NCBI GenBank assembly: GCA_030390025.1
Contig: CM059432.1
Coordinates: forward strand, 36,024,001 to 36,088,000
Length of the DNA: 64,000 nucleotides
Direction of reading: 5' to 3'
Source: Squalus acanthias
Lineage: Eukaryota
The notes beneath the pieces were generated by a model that saw only the letters and a program-made list of their open reading frames with translations, did no database searches and had not been told where the DNA came from. Positions within the stretch are counted from its first letter, which is position 1; each line of letters begins with the position of its first letter. Shown in pieces: positions 13,425-27,548 of this stretch. Both the position numbers and the translations under genes were made by a program.

Positions 13425-15345
13425 AAATACAAAAAATAATAAAGAGGGAGAAAATAGCTTATGAGAGTAAACTAGCAAGAAATATAAAAACTGACAGTAA
13501 GAGCTTCTACAAGTATATAAAAAGGAAGAGTGTAGCTAAAATAAACGTTGGTTCCTTAGAGGACGAGACTGGGGAAATAATAATGGGAAACAAGGAAATG
13601 GCAAAGGCATTGAACAAATATTTTGTATCTGTCTTCACAGTAGAGGACACTAAAAACATCCCAGTAATAGTAGAAAATCAAGGGGCAAAAGGGAGGGAGG
13701 AACTTAAAACAATCACTATCACTAGAGAAAAAGTGCTAAGCAAACTTATGGGTCTAAAGGCTGACAAGTCCCCTGGATCTGATGGCCTGCATCCTAGGGT
13801 CTTAAAAGAAGTGGCTGCAGAGATAGTGGATGCATTGATTGTAATCTTCCAAAATTCCCTTGACTCTGGAAAAGTCCCTGCGGATTGGAAAACCGCAAAT
13901 GTAACGCCCTTATTCAAAAAAGGAGGGAAACAGAAAGCAGGAAACTTTAGGCCAGTTAACCTAACATCTGTCATTGGCAAAATGCTTGAATCAATTATTA
14001 AGGAAGTAGTAGCAGGGCATTTAGAAAATCATAATACAATCAAACAGAGTCAACATGGTTTTATGAAAGGGAAATCATGTTTGACAAATCTATTAGAGTT
14101 CTTTGAGGAGGTAACGAGCAGGGTGGATAAAGGGGAACCAGTAGATGTAGTGTATTTGGATTTCCAAAAGGCATTCGATAAGGTGCCATATAAAAGGTTA
14201 CTGCATAAGATAAGAGCTCACGGTGTTGGGGGTAATATATTAGCATGGATAGAGGATTGGCTACCTAACAGAAAACAAAGTCGGGATAAATGGGTCATTT
14301 TCAGGTTGGCAAACTGTAACTAGTGGGGTGCCACAGGGATCAATGCTGGGGCCTCAACTATTTACAATCTATATTGATGAAGGAAGCGAGTGTATTGTAG
14401 CCAAATTTGCGGATGACACAAAGATAGGTGGGAAAGCAAGTTGTGAGGAGGACACAAAGAGTCTGCAAAGGGATAGGTAGGTTAAGTGAGTGGGCATAAA
14501 TTTGACAGATGGAGTATAATGTGGGAAAATGTGAGGTTATCCACTTTGGTAGGAAGAATAAAAAAGCAAAGTATTATTAAAATGGAGAGAGACTACAGAA
14601 TGCTGCGGTACAGAGGGATCTGGGTGTTCTCGTACATGAAACACAATAGGTTAGCATGCAGGTACAGCAAGTAATTAGGAAGGCAAATGGAATATTGGCC
14701 TTTATTGCAAGGGGGATGGAGTATAAAAATAGGGAAGTCTTGCTACAACTGTACAGGGCATTGGTGAGACCACACCTAGAGTACTGCGTACATTTTTGGT
14801 CTCCTTATTTAAGGAGGGATATACTTGCATTGGAGGCAGTTCAGAGAAGGTTCACTAGGTTGATTCCTGGGATGAAGGGGTTGTCTTATGAGGAAAGGTT
14901 GAGCAGGTTGGGCCTGTACTCATTGGAGTTTAGAAGAATGAGAGGTGATCTTATTGAAACATATAAGATTCTGAGGGGGCTTGACAGGGTAGATGCTGAG
15001 AGGATGTTTACCCTTGTGGGGGAATCTAGAACTAGGGGGCATAGTTTCAGGATAAGGGGTCGCCCATTTAAGACGGAGATGAGGAAGAATTTCTTCTCTC
15101 GGAGGGTCGTGAATCTCTGGAATTCTCTACCCCAGAGAGCTGTGGAGGCTGAGTCATTGAATATATTCAAGGCTGAGATAGACAGATTTTTGAACTACAG
15201 GAGAGTCAAGGGTTATGGGGAACAGGCAGAAAAGTGGAGTTGAGGCCAAGATCAGATCAGCCATGATCTTATTGAATGGTGGAGCAGGCTCAAGGGGCCG
15301 AATGACCTACTCCTGCTCCTATTTCTTATGTTCTAATTCTTGTTC
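13425..15345 (+). mobile_element. 5'-truncated CR1 LINE (RT)
   Basis: ORFs 13382-14323 and 14656-15243 with CR1 RT motifs; TTCTTATG tail. Confidence 0.92.
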
Positions 15346-15829
15346 TTATGAGCTGAGGCAGGGCGGAGTTGGGCGATGTTCCTGAGGTGGAAATAGGCGG
15401 TCTTAATGATGACACGGGTATGTGGTCAGAAGCTCATTTTGGGGTCAAATATGACACCAAGGTTTGGAACAGTGTGGTTCAGCCTCGGACAGTTGCCAGG
15501 TAGAGGGATGGGGTGCTAGGGAATGGAGTTTGTGGCGGGGACCAAAGACAATGGCGGAAACCTGATTGGAGGGATTCAAACACGGAGTTCTGGGAAAGAT
15601 GGGCAAAGATTTGGGAGGTGACAACATGTTCAAGGACTTTGAAGAGAAATGGGAGGTTGGAGATGGGGAGGTAGTTTGCAAGGACGGAAGGGTTTTCTGA
15701 GGAGAGGGGTGATGACGGCAGATTTTAAAGAGAGGGGGACAGTACCTGAGGAGAGAACTATTACCAATATCAGCTAACATAGAAGCCAGGAAGGGAAGTT
15801 GAGTGGTCAGCAGTTTAGTGTTCAGGTCA

Positions 15830-17252
15830 GCAGGATAGATCTGGAAGGGTGAGTTACGGTAGTAGAGGGATGGACTTCGATGAGAGATTTATGGTAGTGG
15901 AGGGATAGATTTTGATGGGTCTGTTAGGGTACTGGAGTGATGGGCTTCGATGGGAGTGTTAGGGTAGTAGAGGGATAGGTTTGGATGAGAGAGTTAGGGC
16001 AGTGGAGGAATGGGCTTCGATGGGAGAGTTAGGTTACTGGAGGGGTAGCTTTTGATGGGAGAGTTAGGTAAAGAAAGAATGACTTGCATTTATATAGCGC
16101 CTTTCACGACCAACGGACGTCTCAAAGTGCTTTACAGCCAATGATGTACTTTTTGAAGTGGAGTCACTGTTGTAATGTGGAGGGATAGGTAGTGGAGGGA
16201 TAGGTTTTGATGGGAGCATTAAGGTAGTGGAGGGATGGGCTTCGATGGGAGAGTTATGGTGCTGGAGGGATAGGTTTTGATGGGCAAGTTAGGGTAGAGG
16301 AGGGATATGTTTTGATGGTAGAGTTAGGCTACTGGAGGATTGGGCTTCAGTTGGAGAGGTTTTTTTTATTCATTCATGGGATGTGGGCGTCGCTGGCAAG
16401 GCCAGCATTTATTGCCCATCCCTAGTTGCCCTTGAGAAGGTGGTGGTGAGCCGCCTTCTTGAACCGCTGCAGTCCGTGTGGTGAAGGTACTCCCACAGTG
16501 CTGTTAGGGAGGGAGTTCCAGGATTTTGACCCAGCGACGATGAAGGAATGGCGATATACTTCCAAGTCACGATGGTGTGTGACTTGGAGGGGAACTTGGA
16601 GGTGTTTCCATGCGCCTGCTGCCCTTGTCCCTCTAGGCGGTAGAGGTCGCGGGTTTGGGAGGTGCTGCCGAAGAAGCCTTGGCGAGTTGCTGCAATGCAT
16701 CTTGTAGATGGCACACACTGCAGCCACGGTACGCCGGTGGTGGAGGGAGTGAATGTTTAAGGTGGTGGATGGGGTGCCAATCAAGCGGGCTACTTTGTCT
16801 TAGATGGTGTCGAGCTTCTTGAGTGTTGTTGGAGCTGCACTCATCCAGGCAAGTGGAGAGTATTCCATCACACTCCTGATTTGTGCCTTGTAGATGGTGG
16901 AAAGGCTTTGGGGAGTCAGGAGGTGAGACACTCGCCGCAGAATACCCAGCCTCTGACCTGCTCTTGTTGCCACAGTATTTGTTATGGTAGTGGAGGGATA
17001 GGTTTTGAAGGATGAGTTAGGGTACTGAAGGGATGGGCTGCACTGGGAGAGTTAGGGTAGTGGAGGGGATAGGTTTTGATGGGAGAGTACTAGAGGAATG
17101 GGCGTTGATGGCTGAGTTAGGGTACTGGAGGGATGGGCTGCGCTGGGAGAGTTAGGGTAGTGGAGGGGATAGGTTTTGATGGGAGAGTACTAGAGGAATG
17201 GGCGTTGATGGATGAGTTAGGGTACTGGAGGGATGGGCTGCGCTGGGAGAGT
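15830..17252. repeat. Degenerate purine-rich tandem repeat (GAGAGTTAGGGTAGTGGAGGGATAGGTTTTGATGG), interrupted by SINE-tail and LINE fragments
   Basis: Units of about 38 bp; a 100-bp higher-order period at about 17010-17252. Confidence 0.8.
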
Positions 17253-17289
17253 TGCTGCACACTGCTCTTTCGATTGTTCCATTAATCTC

Positions 17290-19350
17290 GCTTTATCCAT
17301 TGAGAAATAAAAACTCCACGAGAAAAGTGATCCATCCGTGGCTAACTAAAGAAGTTAAGGGTAGTATTAGATTAAAAGCGGAGGCTCATAATGTTGCGAA
17401 AAATAGTAGTAAGCCTGAGGACTGGGAGAGGTTAGAAACCAGCAAAGGATTTAAAAAAATGATAAAAAGGGAGAAAATAGCATATGAGAGTAAACTAACA
17501 AGATATATAAAAACAGATTGTAAGAGCTTCTACGAGTATATAAAAAGGAAGAGAGTAGCAAAAGTAAGTGTTGGTCCCTTAGAGGCTGAGATAGGTGAAA
17601 TTATACTGGGGAATAAGGAAATTGCAGGGAATTTAAACAAATATTTTGTATCTGTCTTCAGAGTAGAAGACACAAAATGCATACCAAAAATAATGGGGAA
17701 TCAAGGGGCTAATAATAGTGAGGAACTTAAAGTAATTAATATCAGTGGAGAAAAAGTACTTGAGAAACTAACGTGACCAAAAGCCGACAAATCCCCTAGA
17801 CCTGATGGCCTACATCCTAGGGTTCTAAAAGAGGTGGTTGCAGAGATAGTGGATCCATTGGTTGTGATCTTCCAAAATTCCCTAGATTCTGGAACAGTCC
17901 CAGCAGATTGGAAGGTAGCAAATGTAACCCCACTATTCCAGAAATGAGGGAGAGAGATAACAGGGAACTACAGGCCAGTTAGCCTGACATCAGTCGTCGG
18001 GAAAATGCTGGAATCCATTATTAAGGAAGTGGTAACAGGGCACTTAGAAAATCATAATATGATTAGGCAGAGTCAACCATGGTTTTATGAAAGGGAAATT
18101 GTGATTGACAAATTTATTGGAGTTTTTTGAGGATGTAACTAGCAGGGTAGATAAAGGGGAAACAGTGGATGTAGTATATTTGGATTTCCAAAAGGCATTC
18201 GATAAGGTGCCACATAAAATGTTACTACGCAAGATAAGGGCTCATGGGGTTGGGGTAATATATTAGCATGGATAGAGGATTGGTTAACGGAAAGAAAACA
18301 GAGAGTAGGGATAAACAGGTCATTTTCCGGTTGGCAGGCTGTACCGAGTGGGGTGCTGCAAGGATCAGTGCTTGGGTCTCAGCTATTTACAATCTATATT
18401 AATGACTTAGATGAAGGGACCAAATGCAAGGTATCTAAGTTGCTGACAATACAAAACTAGGTGGGAAAGTAAGCTGTGAGGAGGACACAAAGAGCCCGCA
18501 AAGGGATATAGACAGGTTAAGTGAGTGGGCAATAAAGTGGCAGATGGATTATAATGTGGGGAAATGTGAGGTTATTCACTTTGGTAGGAAGAATAGAAAA
18601 ACAGAATATTTTTTAAATGTTGGTGTTCATAGAGATTTAGTTGTCCTCATACAGTAAACACAGAAAGCTTGCATGCAGGTACAGCAAGCAAATAGGAAGG
18701 CAAATGGCATGTTGGTCCTTTATTGCAAAGGGGTTGGAGTATAAGAGTAAGGAAGTCTTACTACAATTGTACAGGGCTTTGGTGAGACCACACCTAGAGA
18801 ACTGTGCACATTTTGGTCTCCTTATCTGAGAAAGGACAGACATGCCTTGGAGGCGGTACAACGAAGGTTCACTGGATTGATCCCTGGGATGAGAGGGTTG
18901 TCCTATGAGGAGAGATTGAGTAGATTTGGCCTATACTCTCTGGAATTTAGAAGAATGCGAGGTGATCTCATTGAAACATATAAGATTCTGAGGGGGATTG
19001 ACAGGGTAAATGCTGAGAGGTTGCTTCCACTGGCTGGAGAGTCTAGAACTAGGGGGCATAGTCTCAGGATAAGGGGTAAGCCATTTAAGACTGAGATGAG
19101 GAGGAATTTCTTCACTCAGAGGATTGTGAACCTTTGGAATTCTCTACCGCAAAGGGCTGTGGATGCTGAGTCGTTGAGTATATTGAAGGCTGAAATAGAT
19201 AGATTTTTGGACTCTAGGGGAATCAAGGAATATTGGGATCGGGCGGGAAAGTGGAGTTGAGGTCAAAGATCAGCTATGATCTTATTGAATGGCGGAGCAG
19301 GCTCGTCGGGCCGTATGGCCTATTCCTGCTCCCAATTCTTATGTTCTTAT
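17290..19350 (+). mobile_element. 5'-truncated CR1 LINE (RT, frameshifted)
   Basis: Same motifs as 13425-15345, with stops and frameshifts. Confidence 0.9.
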
Positions 19351-20199
19351 GTCCATCAGAGGGCATTGTATATTTCGTATAAACATCTGCGCAAAAGGAA
19401 TATTCTGGATAGGTGGGCTAGATGGACCAAAGGTCTTGTACCTGAAGCTCCTGCCTACAACCCGCCGCGTTCTCGGTCGTTGTCATTTTAATGACGGTGA
19501 CTCATGGCATCGACGAGGCTCCCGCTTCAGAGGCGGGAGACTCATGCATAAAATGCAAATAGGGTCCTGTGATGCAATTAGGACCCCAATGTGATATGGG
19601 ATTCATGGAGGTCGGCAACATCACTGGGGAACCCTGGCGGGATTGGATCAGACTGCTTAGTGTGCTGGATGAAAAGGTGCCATAAGGTCAATAAAAAGCT
19701 GCAACATTCTCAGGTGCTCTTTCACTTCGTTGTGGGCTGTGATTCTGTGATCACTGTTGGGTTTTGGTTGTAACTTGGACAATTTTTCAAAAAAAGTCTG
19801 AGAAATTGAGTATGGGAGCTGCTTTAGCTGCACTCTATTGGAGTGAAGAGTCCCGCTAAAGTTCCTCTCCATGTTTTTCTTTCACAGTGTGGCACGTGCG
19901 TCTGTCTAGGCCTGTTGGACACACCATACAGCACTGTTTGCATTAAGCGCCAGTTTGGCTCAGTTAGTAGCGCTATTTATTCCCCCAACCAACATCACCA
20001 AAAACATAATCCAACAACAACAACTTATATTTATATAGCACCTTTAACGTAGTATACGATCCAAGGCGCTTCACAGGAGCATTATAAAACAAAATTTGAC
20101 ACCGAGCCACATAAGGAGATACTAGGACAGATGACCAAAAGCTTGGTCAAAGAGGTAGGTTTTAAGCAGCATCTTAAAGGAGCAAAGAGAGGTAGAGAG

Positions 20200-20355
20200 C
20201 AATGTTCCCTTTAATTTCTTTTTGGGTACGTGGCCCCTTTAAGGGTCTACGCGGCCCATTCAAAATACCGTGCATGCGCGGTTTTTCCTATTTAAAAGCC
20301 GGTGAGCTGGCTGCGTGGCAGCTGCAGAGCGCTGCACAGCTTTAAGGGAACATTG
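20200..20355. mobile_element. hAT-like MITE inserted in an L2 fragment
   Basis: CAATGTTCCCTTTAA / TTAAGGGAACATTG TIRs; same family as 56643-56801. Confidence 0.65.
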
Positions 20356-21769
20356 GTAAAAGGGCGGAGAGGTTTAGGGAGGGAATTCCAGAGCTTAGGG
20401 CCTTGGCAGCTGAAGGCACGGCCACCAATGGTGGAGCGATTAAAATCGCGGATGCTCAAGACGCCAGAATTAGAGGAGTGCAGATAGCTCGGCGGGTTGT
20501 GGGGCTGAGGAGATTACAGAGATAGGGAGGGGCGAGGCCATGGAGGGATTTGTAAACAAGGATGAGAATTTTAAAATCGAGGCATTGCTTAACCGGGAGC
20601 CAATATAGGTCAGCGAGCACAGGGGTGATGGTTGAACGGGACTTGGTGCGAGTTAGGACACGGGCAGCAGAGTTTTGGATGACCTCAAGTTTACGTAGGG
20701 TAGAAAGTGGGAGGCCAGCCAGGAGTGCGTTGGAATAGTCAAGTCTAGAGATAACAAAGGCTTGGATGAGGGTTTCAGCAGCAGATGAGCTGAGGCAGGG
20801 GCGAATGTTCCGGAAATGGAAAATGCTGTCTTAGTGATGGCGCGGATAGGTGATCGGAAGTTCATCTCGGGGTCAAATATGACACCAAGATTGTGAACAG
20901 TCTGGTTCAGCCTCAGACAGATGCTAGGGAGAGGGCTGGAGTCAGTGGCTAGGGAATGGAGTTTGTGGCGGGGACCGAAGACAATGGCTTTGGTCTTCCC
21001 AATATTTAGTTGGAGGAAATTTCTGCTCATCCATTACTGGATGTCGGACAAGCAGTCTGACAATTTAGAGACAGTGGAATATTGGTATATGCAAAATGGC
21101 TGCTGCATTTGCCTACCTTGCCTATCTAACTACAGTCAGTGCATTGCACTTCAAAAAGTAACTCATTGTACGTGAAGCGTTTGGGAAGTTCCTAAGACAG
21201 GATAAAGCACTGTGTAAAAGCCAATTTTCTTTCTTTGTTTCTTGATTCTTCCTTCCTTTGATTTTTATTCAAAATTTGGATGCTGGGCACCACCACCGTA
21301 ACAACCACCATAAATTAGATATGCCACCGGCGCAATCCCATGGTACAGCCACTAGGTGCCACTGCAGCCTGTGGCGTTGCCGTATTCTCCAGCATTATCG
21401 GATAACAAGGCCGTACACCAAACATAAGAACATAAGGATTAGGAACAGGAGCAGGCCATACAGCCCTTTGAGCCTGCACCGCCATTCAATAAGATCATGG
21501 CAAAACACGAAACAAAAATCTGGATTACGGCCTCCTTGTGGCATGGAGCGAACCCAGAAAACAAATGCGGATGAGAAAGACCATAAGGCCCATCCAGAAA
21601 GAACCCCCCAGGCTTCCACCATCAAAGCTCCCAGCTGTTTCTTAAATGATTCCGCTGTCTATTCATTCCAGGTGTTGACCAGTATTTAGGACAAGAGCAA
21701 TAACTTGTATTCATATAGCCCCTTTAATTTGGAGGGGAAAAAAACTTCACATAGGCATGAGGTAAAGAG

Positions 21770-22100
21770 CATAAGAACATACGAAATAAGAGCAGGAGTA
21801 GGCCATACGGCCCCTCGAGCCTGCTCCGCCATTCAATAAGATCATGGCTGATCATCGACCTCAACTCCACTTTCCCGCCCCATCTCCATATCCCTTGATT
21901 CCCCTAGAGTCCAAAAATCTATCGATCTCAGCCTTGAATATACTCAAAGACTCAGCATGCACAGCCCTTTGGGGCAGAGAATTCCAAAGATTCACAACCC
22001 TCTGAGTGAAGAAATTCCTCCTCATCTCAGTCTTAAATGGCCGACCCCTTATCCTGAGACAATGCCCCCTAGTTCTAGACACTCTTGCCAGAGGAAACAT
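21770..22100 (-). mobile_element. CR1 3' fragment
   Basis: RTRGH...FFTQRVVNLWNSLP. Confidence 0.85.
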
Positions 22101-23111
22101 CAAACAGACACCGAGCCAAAGAAGGATGCATTCAGAGCGGTGACCAAGATTTCAGTCAATGAGATGTTTTTAAGGACAGTCTTAAAGGAGAGGGAGGTTG
22201 AGCAATATCCTGATAACAAGACGAAAGAAAGACTTGCATTTATATAGCGTCTTTCATGACCTCAGAACGTCCCAAATGCTTTACAACCAATTAATTACTT
22301 TTGAGGTGTAGTCACTGTTGTAATGTAGGAAACACAGCAGCCAATGTGCACACAGCAAGCTCCCACAAACAGCAATGAAATAATGACCATTTGTTTTGGT
22401 GCTGTTGGTTGAGGGATAAATATTGGCCAGGACAGTGGGGAGAACTCCCCTGCTGTTCTTCAAAATATTGAGAGGTCGCACAACACCAGGTTATAGTCCA
22501 ACAGTTTTATTTGAAATCACAAGCTTTCGGAGCTAACACAAACTTCAAAATATTGCCATGGGATCTTTTAAGTCCACCTCAGAGGGTAGACAGGACCTGG
22601 GTTTAACATCTCATCCCAAGGACAGCCCCTACGACAATGCAGCACTCCCTCAGTACTGTGCTGAAGTGTTAGTCTAGAGTTATGTGCTCAAGTCTCTGGA
22701 GTGGGGCTTGAACCCACAACCTTCTGACTGTGAGGCAAGAGTGCTACTGCTGAGACTAGGCTGACATCAGTCTTAAATTGTCCTTTAAGTAGTTTGTACC
22801 TGTGTCCCCTTGTGCTACTGTCGGATTAGTTAGAAGTACTGTTCCAGTCTACTTTGTCAACTGGTTTACTATCTCTGTAAGATCACGTCTTTCCTTTTCA
22901 GCCTCCTTTCCAGGATGAAGAACCATGGGGACCAATTTTAACCTGGAGCAGGTTTTGGGCGGGCGGGGGAGGGGGGGTGCAGGGCGCTGCCAAGAGAGAC
23001 CGACCTACGACGGGCTATTTAAATAAATGAACCTGACAGCGGAAATGCGGAGCAAGTTCAGGTTACCATGTGTGAAGCGCGCATTTTAATGCACTTTCTT
23101 CCTGCCCGCAG

Positions 23112-23292
23112 CCGGGGTGCGACCCGAGGACCCGACGGCGCTGATACTGGCGAAATCCATAGCGGAGTGCGAGGGCGTGGAGCTGGCGGGTGTGTACGCA
23201 CATTGTGGGAATTCCTACAGCGTGACTGGAGTGAAGGAGATCCAGGCCGTGGCACACGACACCACCACCGCCACACTGGAATTTGTGGAGAA
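23112..23292 (+). CDS. DSD1: D-serine dehydratase-like gene, coding exon 3 ([18 protein letters not shown]...[10 protein letters not shown]...LEFVEK)
   Basis: ctttcttcctgcccgcag acceptor ending 23111; g+cc=Ala completes [13 protein letters not shown] motif; donor GTACGA at 23293, phase 2. Confidence 0.93.
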
Positions 23293-23386
23293 GTACGAGG
23301 GTTTTGTTTTTTAAAATAATTTAATCTTTCCTTTGCTTTGGGGGTGTCAGATGGAGGAACGCATGTATTCCGTTAATCCAAGGTGT

Positions 23387-23875
23387 CAGCCATGGCTCAG
23401 CGGCAGCACTCTCGCCTCTATAAGTCAAAAGGTCATGGGTTCAGGCCTTGAACACAAAAGTGCTACTAACTGGGACTTGAGCACAAAATCTAGGCTGACA
23501 CTCCAGTGTAGTACTGAGGGAGTGCTGCACTGTCGGAGGTGCCGTCCTTCGGATGAGACGTTAAACCGAGTCCCCGTCTGCTCTCTCAGGTGAATGTAAA
23601 AGATCCCATGGTACTATTTCGAAGAGGAGCAGGGGACTTAGCCCCGGTGTCCTGGCCAATATTTATCCCTCAATCAACATTATTAAAAAACAGATTATCT
23701 GGTCATTATCACATTGCTGTTTGTGGGAGCTTGCTTGTGCGCAGATTGGCTGCTGCGTTTCCTACATTACAACAGTGACTACACTTCAAAAAGTACTTCA
23801 TTGGCTGTAAAGCGCTTTGGGACGTCCGGTGGTCATGAAAGGCGCTATATAAATGCAAGTCTTTCTTTTTCTTTC
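23387..23875 (+). mobile_element. Deu-domain SINE, SacSINE1-like (partial copies at about 11757-12330, 12857-13080, 22222-22770, 29930-30300, 40800-41060, 60167-60290)
   Basis: tRNA-like head TGGCTCAG..GGTTCAG; core GTACTGAGGGAGTGCTGCACTGTCGGAGGTGCCGTC..GGATGAGACGTTAAACCGAG; L2-like tail. Confidence 0.72.
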
Positions 23876-25263
23876 AACATTTATCCCTCAACCAACATCA
23901 CTAAAAGACAGATAATCCAGACATTTATCTCATTGATGTTTGTGGGAGCTTGCAGTGCGCAAGTTGGCTGCCACGTTTACCTACATTACAACAGTGACTA
24001 AACTTTAAAAGAGCTTCATTGGCTGTGAAGCGCTTTGGGACATCTTGAAGTTGTGAAAGGCACTGTATCAATGCCACACACTAAGTCCAAGCTTTTTTCC
24101 TCTGTGGGCCACTTAAGAGCCTCAGAGGGAATCCAGAATCTCGTTAATTCCCCTATGTCGCTGAAACTAACCGATCTTGGCATTTTGATGTCGGGTTTTA
24201 TCCACCAATGAGGCAGCAGGCCTTTCCAAATCTCCAGGCCCAGGAAATTAAAACGGGACAAACCAGCGAATCAGAAATATAAGCGAAAATAGGACTGGGT
24301 TTCACGGGTCGGATTTCCAGGGCTCAGGGCCGCAAGTATCCCACCAGTTGTAGTTTGGACAGTCCCGCATCGACAGCTTCTGTTTATTGTCAGTCTCTCC
24401 CCCGCTCTCATGTGAGCATTGGGTCAGTTACATGGGCACTGGCGGGCCTCCAGCACCTCGCTTAAGTGACTGTTCTTTCATGTGCAAGCCTAAGCGATGA
24501 GTGCCAGTGGGCTATTCAACTGCATGGTGAATCACAATCGAGTTCCGGTCCTGCCCTCACCCGATGTTCACAGAGAGAGTCAAGAACTTCAGCAATGGGG
24601 GTGGGGGGTAGAATTGAGGTGGGGGTGGGGGGGTAGGTGAAGAGCTAAAGACTTTTTCTGTAGGAGCTTTTTAAATGCAAACCTGTAATATCTTCCCTCA
24701 CTGACCTCTGTCCCGAAAGACAGAGCTCCAACTCTGCACCATGGTGAGACTTTTTTTGAAAAGGCTTCAGGTAATAACACAGCCTTTGAACTCGACCCCA
24801 TCAAACAGCAGGGAGGTGGGGGTGTTGGGGAGGGTATTGAGAGATGATGAAGGCCTGTGAACGTAAAAGAGGCCCATAGCAGCACTGCTGGATAATGGCT
24901 GCTTCCAAAATGTGAATTGTTAAGTGTTTAACAGTCTCTCGTGACACTTCCCCTTCACCCCTTCCCCCACCCCTGCCCCCAGGGACCTCATATGCTATCT
25001 CTTTATAACTGCATGCAGATACTCAAACCTTTAATTACTTTCTGTCTCTGATGTCTAACAAGGATCGGGTTACAGGCTTCAAGCAGGAGGGACGTCATTG
25101 GCCCAGCTCTGCTATTATCTCCCTTTGTCTGACTTTTCCTTAATTCCATGTCGGTATCAGAGATGTGGGGAGCGGAGAGGAATCAGTAAAGAACACCTTT
25201 ATAAGAAGGAGACAGACCAGGAAAATCCCAGGGTTCTACGGCTGGTTGACTCTGAGTCACAAT

Positions 25264-25921
25264 GGCCCGCAATTTGCGGTGGGTAATAACAGCGAACTAA
25301 CAGGGTTTGCTGTTTATACCCCTTTGAAACTGACCGCAACTTCAGGATGTAGCACAAGCGCATCTAAACGCGGAAATCCTGAAGTTGCGGTCAGTCATTC
25401 GCTGCTCCGACACTGGCTGCACTGTGGACCCCCTGCCCCCACCCACCGCCCCGCATAGCCAGCAATCAGTGTAATCTGTCAAGTCAGGGAAACTGACGAA
25501 AACTTCAGCTTTTCCACCGGCGTATTGACTGCTAAACAAACGGATTTTAATTTTGTGGAGTGTCAAATTTCTCCATTATGATAAAAATTAATTACATTTT
25601 TTTTAAAGTTTGTTCATATTTATTTCAGGTTTACCTTTTCCCCAATGTGAGAGCCCCAATCTTTGTTTTGCTCTCTGTAACATTTTTTAAAAGTCTGAAT
25701 AAAATCAACTTCTTTACTTCCTGGGCCCCTGTCTGTGACAATTCTGCATTGTGATTGTCTGCTTCGACAGCTTGTTAACGTCACTATTCTACACTGATCT
25801 CACTTACGTGTTGAAAAAAGGCAAACTTCTCGCCACAGAGATCGCGAGATCTTTGTGGGCAGCTTTTTACGAGGCCAGCGGTGAATGCCTTTGCTTCGCC
25901 GCTGACCGCAAATTCCAGGCC
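25264..25921. mobile_element. MITE of a different Harbinger-like family
   Basis: GGCCCGCAATTTGCGGT / ACCGCAAATTCCAGGCC imperfect TIRs; flanks AAT and AAG. Confidence 0.65.
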
Positions 25922-27013
25922 AAGATAATTACAAATGAGGGAGACCATTTGGCCCATCTTAATTCAATCATCCAGAGAGACCCGACACACCCCATTGTAC
26001 CATCCAATTGTTCCTTAAATTATTCCAGGGTTCTTGCTTCCACTACTTGATCTAGCTGTCCATTCCTACCTTGATTACTCTGTGTAAAGAAGAATTTCCT
26101 GACCTCAATCCTAAAATAGCCTTTTACTACATCAACAACAATTTGTATTTATATAGCGCCTTTAACGTAGTAAAACGTCCCATGGTGCTTCACAGGAATA
26201 TTATAAGACAAAAAATTGACACTGAGCCACATAAGAAATTAGGGCAGGTGACCAAAAGCTTGGTCAAAGAGGTAGTTTTAAGGAACATCTTAAAGGAGGA
26301 AAGAGAGGTAGAGAGGCGGAGCGGTTTCGGAAGGGAATTCCAGAGCTTAGGGCCTAGGCAACAGAAGGCACGGCCACTGATGATTGAGCGATTCTAATCA
26401 GGGATGCACAAGAGGCCAGAATTTGAGGAGCGCTGTTTTCTCGGGGGGTTGTGGGGCTGAAGGAGATTCCAGAGATAGGGAGGGGCGAGGCCATGGAGGG
26501 ATTTGAAAACAAGGATGAGAATTTTGAAATCGAGGCGTTGCTTAACCAGCAGCCAATGTAGTTCAGCGAGCACAGGGGTGATGGGTGAACGAGACTTGGT
26601 GCGAGCTAGGACACGGGCAGCCGAGTTTTGGATGACCTCAAGTTTACGTAGGGTAGAATGTGGGAGGCCAGCCAGGAGTGCGTTGGAATAGTCAAGTCTA
26701 GAGGTAACAAAGGCATGGATGAGGGTTTCGGCAGCAGATGAGCTGAGGCGGGGCGGAGACGGGCGATGTTATGGAGGTGGAAATGGGCGGTCTTAGATAT
26801 GTCACGGATATGTGGTCGGAAGCTCACTTCAGGGTCAAATATGACACCAAGGTTGCGAACAATAATTTTACTAATTTGAACCTGTGTCCCCTTGTCCTAC
26901 TCTCGCAATTTAAAGTCATTTTCTGGATTTACCTTTTCCATTCCCTTAACTATCTTGTATCCCTCTATAAGATTACCTCTCCGACACCTCCTTTCCAGGC
27001 CGTAAAGCCCAAG

Positions 27014-27517
27014 GGGGGAATTTTAACTCCAAAAAACGGGTGGGTTGGGGTCGGGTGAGAAGTTAAAGGGCTGGATTTTGAATGACCCATGGAGTCCGGT
27101 TTGGAGGCGTGTGGGGGGTTAAATTTGCGGGGTCGGGGGTCCCGACTCCATCCCGCCTCCACGCAATTTTGACAAAATCAGTCGCGGGGTTCCCGACTCC
27201 GTCCCGCCTCCAAGAGGCGGGAGAAGCCATTAAAACCCTTAACAAGCCCTAAATTGGCTCTGTAATGCCATTTTGAAACGTTTTAGCTAGTTTAACCCTT
27301 TTCTGACGTGAAGTACGCCTGGTGTGAAACACTCCAGTGAAACCTGGCGGGAGCACAAGTGGATAGCTGACTATGAGCTGCAGGCCCACTATTACAACGG
27401 AGATGTGATGAAGGTAGTAGTAGTATTAGGTCTGAAAGTCGCCTCTGATGCTGCTGCATTGAATGTGTTCAGAGACTGCCTGGCCTTTGCTGTGAGAGGA
27501 CTTGGATGCAAAAAAAT

Positions 27518-27548
<31 letters not shown>

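Noticed and set aside
15830..17252. Interstitial telomeric array
   Set aside because: TTAGGG occurs only singly within a longer unit, not as tandem hexamers
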